From a virus (Duplodnaviria; Caudoviricetes): a stretch of 59,069 nucleotides of DNA. Below, one piece after another: positions 56,022-59,069 of the stretch (positions within the stretch are counted from its first letter, which is position 1; each line of letters starts with the position of its first letter). Where the stretch lies: the IMG/VR virus record IMGVR_UViG_3300046532_001353, positions 1 to 59,069 of that record; one strand, written 5' to 3'. The translations under genes and the position numbers were made by a program. The notes under the pieces are model-generated. The model made no database searches. It was not told where the DNA came from and worked only from the letters and a program-made list of their open reading frames with translations.

Positions 56022-57037
56022 TGGAACTGAAGTTAGATTTTGATGATGTATTAATTAAACCTCGTAGATCACTCAAACCTCTTACAAGGAAAAGTGTTAA
56101 TATAGAAATACCTTGGCTGGATAATACAGCGCACCCTATTGTTATTTCGAATATGCCTTCAACTGGAACATATAAAATTGCAGAGCATATGACACCAATG
56201 AAAGTGTTTACATTTATTCATAAAGAATATAAAGTACATGAGCATAGAGATAATTTAGCTAACATGGGAGATCGTAGTTACATTGGTATTACAAGTGGTG
56301 TGAGAGATAAAGATGTAATGAGAACAATAGATATTATATCAGGCTTTGAAGATATTGGCATGATTAATGTTGATGTAGCTAACGTATATGCTAATGTTGA
56401 TGGAATGATTAAAACTATTAAAACATTTAAAGAACATTTCCCAAATATATTATTATGTGCTGGTAATATATGTGATAAAAATTTAATGGAAGAGTTAGTT
56501 GAAGCTGGTGCAGATTATGTTAAAGTAGGTGTAGGTTCAGGTGCTGCGTGTATTACTCGAACAGAAGTAGGCGTAGGTATACCTCAGTTAAGTGCCGTAA
56601 TGGAATGCTACGAAGAAGCACAACGTATAGGATGTAAAATAATATCCGACGGTGGTTGTGTTACTTCGGGTGATGTAGCTAAAGCAATTGCGGCAGGCGC
56701 TGATATGGTTATGATTGCTGGTATGGTATCTAGTTGTTATGAATGTAGTAACATGGTAGAGATTGATGGTCAACAGTATGTAAATCTATATGGATTGGGT
56801 TCAACAAAGCAATATAATATACACACTATAAGCGAAATGGAATACAGACCTAATGAAGGTAGAGACTTAATGATTCCAGCAAAGGGTTATATAAAGGATA
56901 TCATTAATCAAATCCTTGGTGGATTGAGAAGTGTATGTACATATGTAGGTGTATCTGACATTGAAGAATTATCAATACATGCAGAATTCATTAGAGTAAA
57001 CAGTACTCATAATAAATCTTTAGAAAGATATGGATAA
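56018..57037 (+). CDS. guaC: GMP reductase
   Basis: KLDFDDVLIKPRRS, DVAN, AGN, GAD.VKVGVG.GAAC.TR...GVG.PQLSAV.EC, IISDGGC...GDVAKA..AGAD.VM, YRPNEGR, ILGGLRS.CTYVG; no CBS domains. Confidence 0.88.
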   Translation: MMELKLDFDDVLIKPRRSLKPLTRKSVNIEIPWLDNTAHPIVISNMPSTGTYKIAEHMTPMKVFTFIHKEYKVHEHRDNLANMGDRSYIGITSGVRDKDVMRTIDIISGFEDIGMINVDVANVYANVDGMIKTIKTFKEHFPNILLCAGNICDKNLMEELVEAGADYVKVGVGSGAACITRTEVGVGIPQLSAVMECYEEAQRIGCKIISDGGCVTSGDVAKAIAAGADMVMIAGMVSSCYECSNMVEIDGQQYVNLYGLGSTKQYNIHTISEMEYRPNEGRDLMIPAKGYIKDIINQILGGLRSVCTYVGVSDIEELSIHAEFIRVNSTHNKSLERYG

Positions 57038-57752
57038 CTATTTACAACAGATTTTAAATTGGAAACGATTTGGAATAAATATCACATCTTCTGGAACATC
57101 AGGAGATCCAAAGCTTATCCATAGATCACCTGATAATCTTCGTGCATGTAATGAGGTTGCTATACATGCTCAACAATTAACTAGCAAATCTAAAGTATTA
57201 ACTGTAACAAAAACTGATCATGCTGGTGGATTACTATTACAAACATTACCAGCTTATACATTAGGGTGTAAAGTCATTGATGTAGAAAAGTTTAATCCTT
57301 GGAATTTTTTAAAGAAGGTGAAAGGATATACACATACGTTCTTAACACCTGAACAAATGAAAGCAGTAATGATGACTAAAGGGTTTAAAGATTGTGACTT
57401 AAGTGGTATAAGAATACTTGGTGGTAGTAACCCAGTTAGTTATGATATGATAGAAGCATTTGTATCTAAGGGAGCACTTGTTCAACCTAACTGGGGTATG
57501 AGTGAAGTAGGCCCAATGGTAATCAATATTGAGATAAATAATATAGAACATATAAAATATTTAAAAGAAAGAACACCTAAAGGCCATACTATACTAGGGA
57601 ATGCATATTGGTGTGATTGGAAAATTGATAATGGTGAACTATATGTTAAAAGTAATATGTGTATTGAGCCTGGTTGGTTTGCCACAGGTGATATTGTTTC
57701 TTTAGATAATGAAGAAAGAATGTATTATGAAGATAGAAAATTGTATAAATAA
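57030..57752 (+). CDS. Truncated AMP-binding (ANL/acyl-CoA synthetase) enzyme
   Basis: TSSGTSGDPK P-loop, H.GGL, WGMSE.G, GEL.VK, WFATGD, YYEDRK; only 240 aa. Confidence 0.75.
   Translation: MDNYLQQILNWKRFGINITSSGTSGDPKLIHRSPDNLRACNEVAIHAQQLTSKSKVLTVTKTDHAGGLLLQTLPAYTLGCKVIDVEKFNPWNFLKKVKGYTHTFLTPEQMKAVMMTKGFKDCDLSGIRILGGSNPVSYDMIEAFVSKGALVQPNWGMSEVGPMVINIEINNIEHIKYLKERTPKGHTILGNAYWCDWKIDNGELYVKSNMCIEPGWFATGDIVSLDNEERMYYEDRKLYK
57744..57751 (+). promoter_or_regulatory. T4-type late promoter upstream of the structured RNA candidates
   Basis: TATAAATA ending 7 nt before the first closing stem begins at 57759. Confidence 0.75.
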
Positions 57753-57758
57753 CCTTAT

Positions 57759-57876
57759 ATAGTTAATAGATGGGTGTTCTTTGACACTCTTTCGGTCCCT
57801 TAACTGACTTCTTCGGTTGTCAGCGGCTACGTGGGATACCTTTTATCGATGACGAGAGCATCCTTCTATTAGCTAT
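57759..57876 (+). ncRNA. Candidate structured ncRNA 1 (family not recognised)
   Basis: ATAGTTAATAGA-T-GGGTGTTCTT pairs with GAGAGCATCC-T-TCTATTAGCTAT (12 bp, U.U mismatch, 10 bp, four G-U pairs); internal CTGAC..cUUCGg..GTCAG hairpin. Confidence 0.7.
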
Positions 57877-57883
57877 TATTATC

Positions 57884-57989
57884 TAGGTATTAAGTGAGTC
57901 ACTGTTCGCACTCGACTTCGTAAAAAGGTTTCGGCCTTCATCCTTTCGGGGATGCGTTTATTGATCCGAGGTGACTCTCTTAATAGCTA
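57884..57989 (+). ncRNA. Candidate structured ncRNA 2 (family not recognised)
   Basis: TAGGTATTAAG-T-GAGTCACT pairs with GGTGACTC-T-CTTAATAGCTA; internal AAGGT-TTCG-GCCTT and CATCCT-TTCG-GGGATG hairpins. Confidence 0.7.
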
Positions 57990-58005
57990 TGTACACAATA
58001 TAATT

Positions 58006-58452
58006 ATGATTGAAAAAATACTAGCGGGAACACTCGCAATTTCATTAAGTGGATGTAGTATGTTAGGTGGTTTCAACGCACTAGATCCCAAGAATTTAAT
58101 TAAGACAGCAGCAACGACTGGTGTCACATACGTTGTTGCGGGCCCTATACCAGCGGCGGTCAATGCAGCAACATCTATAGCAGTTGATTCAGTTTTACCT
58201 GATGACAAACCTGCAATAAGCGATATCGAAGCTGGGAATGAAGAACAATTGAAGGCATATATGTTTGCAAATTTAACGGAAACCATTTTATATGGTGTAA
58301 TAGGATTTTTAATATTTACAAATGTCGTAGGACCTTGGGCAGCACAGCGTAGAGCAAAACGTAAAGCTGAACAGATAGCGCAAGAACAACGTAGGAAAGA
58401 AAAGTACGATGCAATGAAAGCTGAACTTGCAGTAAGAAATAAAGTCGGATGA
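58006..58452 (+). CDS. Lipoprotein with C-terminal transmembrane helix
   Basis: From the ATG at 58006: MIEKILAGTLAISLSG|C lipobox; TM segment ILYGVIGFLIFTNVVGPW followed by basic QRRAKRK. Confidence 0.7.
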   Translation: MIEKILAGTLAISLSGCSMLGGFNALDPKNLIKTAATTGVTYVVAGPIPAAVNAATSIAVDSVLPDDKPAISDIEAGNEEQLKAYMFANLTETILYGVIGFLIFTNVVGPWAAQRRAKRKAEQIAQEQRRKEKYDAMKAELAVRNKVG

Positions 58453-58781
58453 AAACATACAAAGAAGTAGAAGCAATCGATTGTATATGTGAAGACATGT
58501 ACAAAGACTTGGTTGTTGAAAAGTACGAAGGTAAAACATTAAATGATCCTACACGTTCACCTAAAGGTTCTCCTGGTAAGTTCCATGTATATGTAAAGAA
58601 CGCTAAAGGCAATGTTATAAAGGTAAACTTTGGTGATCCTAATTCAGAGATTAAAAGAGATAACCCTGCAAGACGTAAATCATTTAGAGCACGTCATAAC
58701 TGTGCAGATAAAAAAGACAAAACAACTGCAGGGTATTGGTCTTGCTATCAATGGAGAGCAAGCGCAAAGGTAGATAATTGA
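58449..58781 (+). CDS. Conserved phage protein (DUF6321-like)
   Basis: KF.VYVKN.KGNV.KV.FGDP...IK...P.RRKSFRARHNC.....K..A.YWSC..W. Confidence 0.75.
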   Translation: MKTYKEVEAIDCICEDMYKDLVVEKYEGKTLNDPTRSPKGSPGKFHVYVKNAKGNVIKVNFGDPNSEIKRDNPARRKSFRARHNCADKKDKTTAGYWSCYQWRASAKVDN

Positions 58782-58792
58782 TAAGGAGTTAC

Positions 58793-58951
58793 ATGCAAAA
58801 AGTTACTGACCGTAACATTAAAAAAGATGTACAATTAAAACATACTAAACAAAGATTACATGGTATGTTAAAAGATAAGTCTCATAAGAAAATTAATCTT
58901 GTAAAGAGTTTGAAGAATCTTAAGAAACGCAACGAAAGAAAGGGACTATAA
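58793..58951 (+). CDS. Small basic hypothetical protein (52 aa, below the ORF-track cutoff)
   Basis: AAGGAG SD; MQKVTDRNIKKDVQLKHTKQRLHGMLKDKSHKKINLVKSLKNLKKRNERKGL*. Confidence 0.6.
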   Translation: MQKVTDRNIKKDVQLKHTKQRLHGMLKDKSHKKINLVKSLKNLKKRNERKGL

Positions 58952-58953
58952 TT

Positions 58954-59069
58954 ATGTGGAAATATATAGGTTACGCTGGTATTATTATACCAGTGCTAGG
59001 TGCTACTTACGGTGGTTTAATGATAGCATCAGATTTAGAAATCAAACTCAACCAAGCTTACGATATGGC
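58954..59069 (+). CDS. Membrane-anchored hypothetical protein, runs off the window
   Basis: MWKYIGYAGIIIPVLGATYGGLMIASDLEIKLNQAYDM..., open to the window end. Confidence 0.55.
   Translation, partial: MWKYIGYAGIIIPVLGATYGGLMIASDLEIKLNQAYDM

Noticed and set aside
37541-57752. Enzyme cluster as host chromosomal DNA or a prophage boundary
   Set aside because: It carries phage late-promoter consensus sites, overlaps phage genes directly and is followed by more phage-type genes; no integrase or att site seen.
37541-57752. RiPP cluster with a precursor peptide
   Set aside because: No short leader-core precursor ORF, RRE domain or peptidase could be identified by eye; sugar-related enzymes dominate. 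Not fully excluded.
57759-57989. tRNA, hammerhead ribozyme or simple terminators
   Set aside because: No cloverleaf with a canonical T-loop or CCA end, no CUGAnGA/GAAA core, and the hairpins are nested in long closing stems without U tails.
57952-58005. ORF-track start of the lipoprotein at 57952
   Set aside because: It lies inside the second RNA structure; the ATG at 58006 gives a normal-length lipoprotein signal peptide.

Overview
An AT-rich segment of a large T4-like myophage genome, with gene order and families resembling marine T4-like phages. The host cannot be determined from this window. From left to right: the 3' end of gp32; a leftward tape-measure/gp51/gp26/tail-tube-initiator/gp2/gp4 block; a rightward baseplate block (gp48, gp53, hub, gp5, gp25, gp6, gp7, gp8, VrlC/DUF4815-like). 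Next comes a long set of highly repetitive modular fibre genes, interrupted by a ~1.5 kb island holding a ~660 bp non-coding stretch with palindromic TAGATCTA repeats and two small genes. A ~20 kb divergent enzyme cluster follows (glycosyltransferase-like x3-4, methyltransferase, carbamoyltransferase, radical SAM x3 plus a stand-alone Fe-S domain, DegT aminotransferase, SGNH x3, QueC-like PP-loop, nitroreductase x2, 2OG-Fe(II) oxygenase-like x2, class IV aminotransferase, GMP reductase, truncated adenylating enzyme), preceded by T4 late-promoter consensus sites. The window ends with two tandem, architecturally matched structured RNA candidates and a lipoprotein with a C-terminal TM helix. The strongest leads are (1) the apparently late-expressed tailoring cluster, (2) the twin ncRNA candidates at 57759-57989, (3) a candidate -1 frameshift fusing gp26 to gp51 just upstream of the tape measure gene, and (4) matching terminal connector motifs that suggest a daisy-chained fibre. 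All calls come from motif reading and gene order by eye; no database searches were run.
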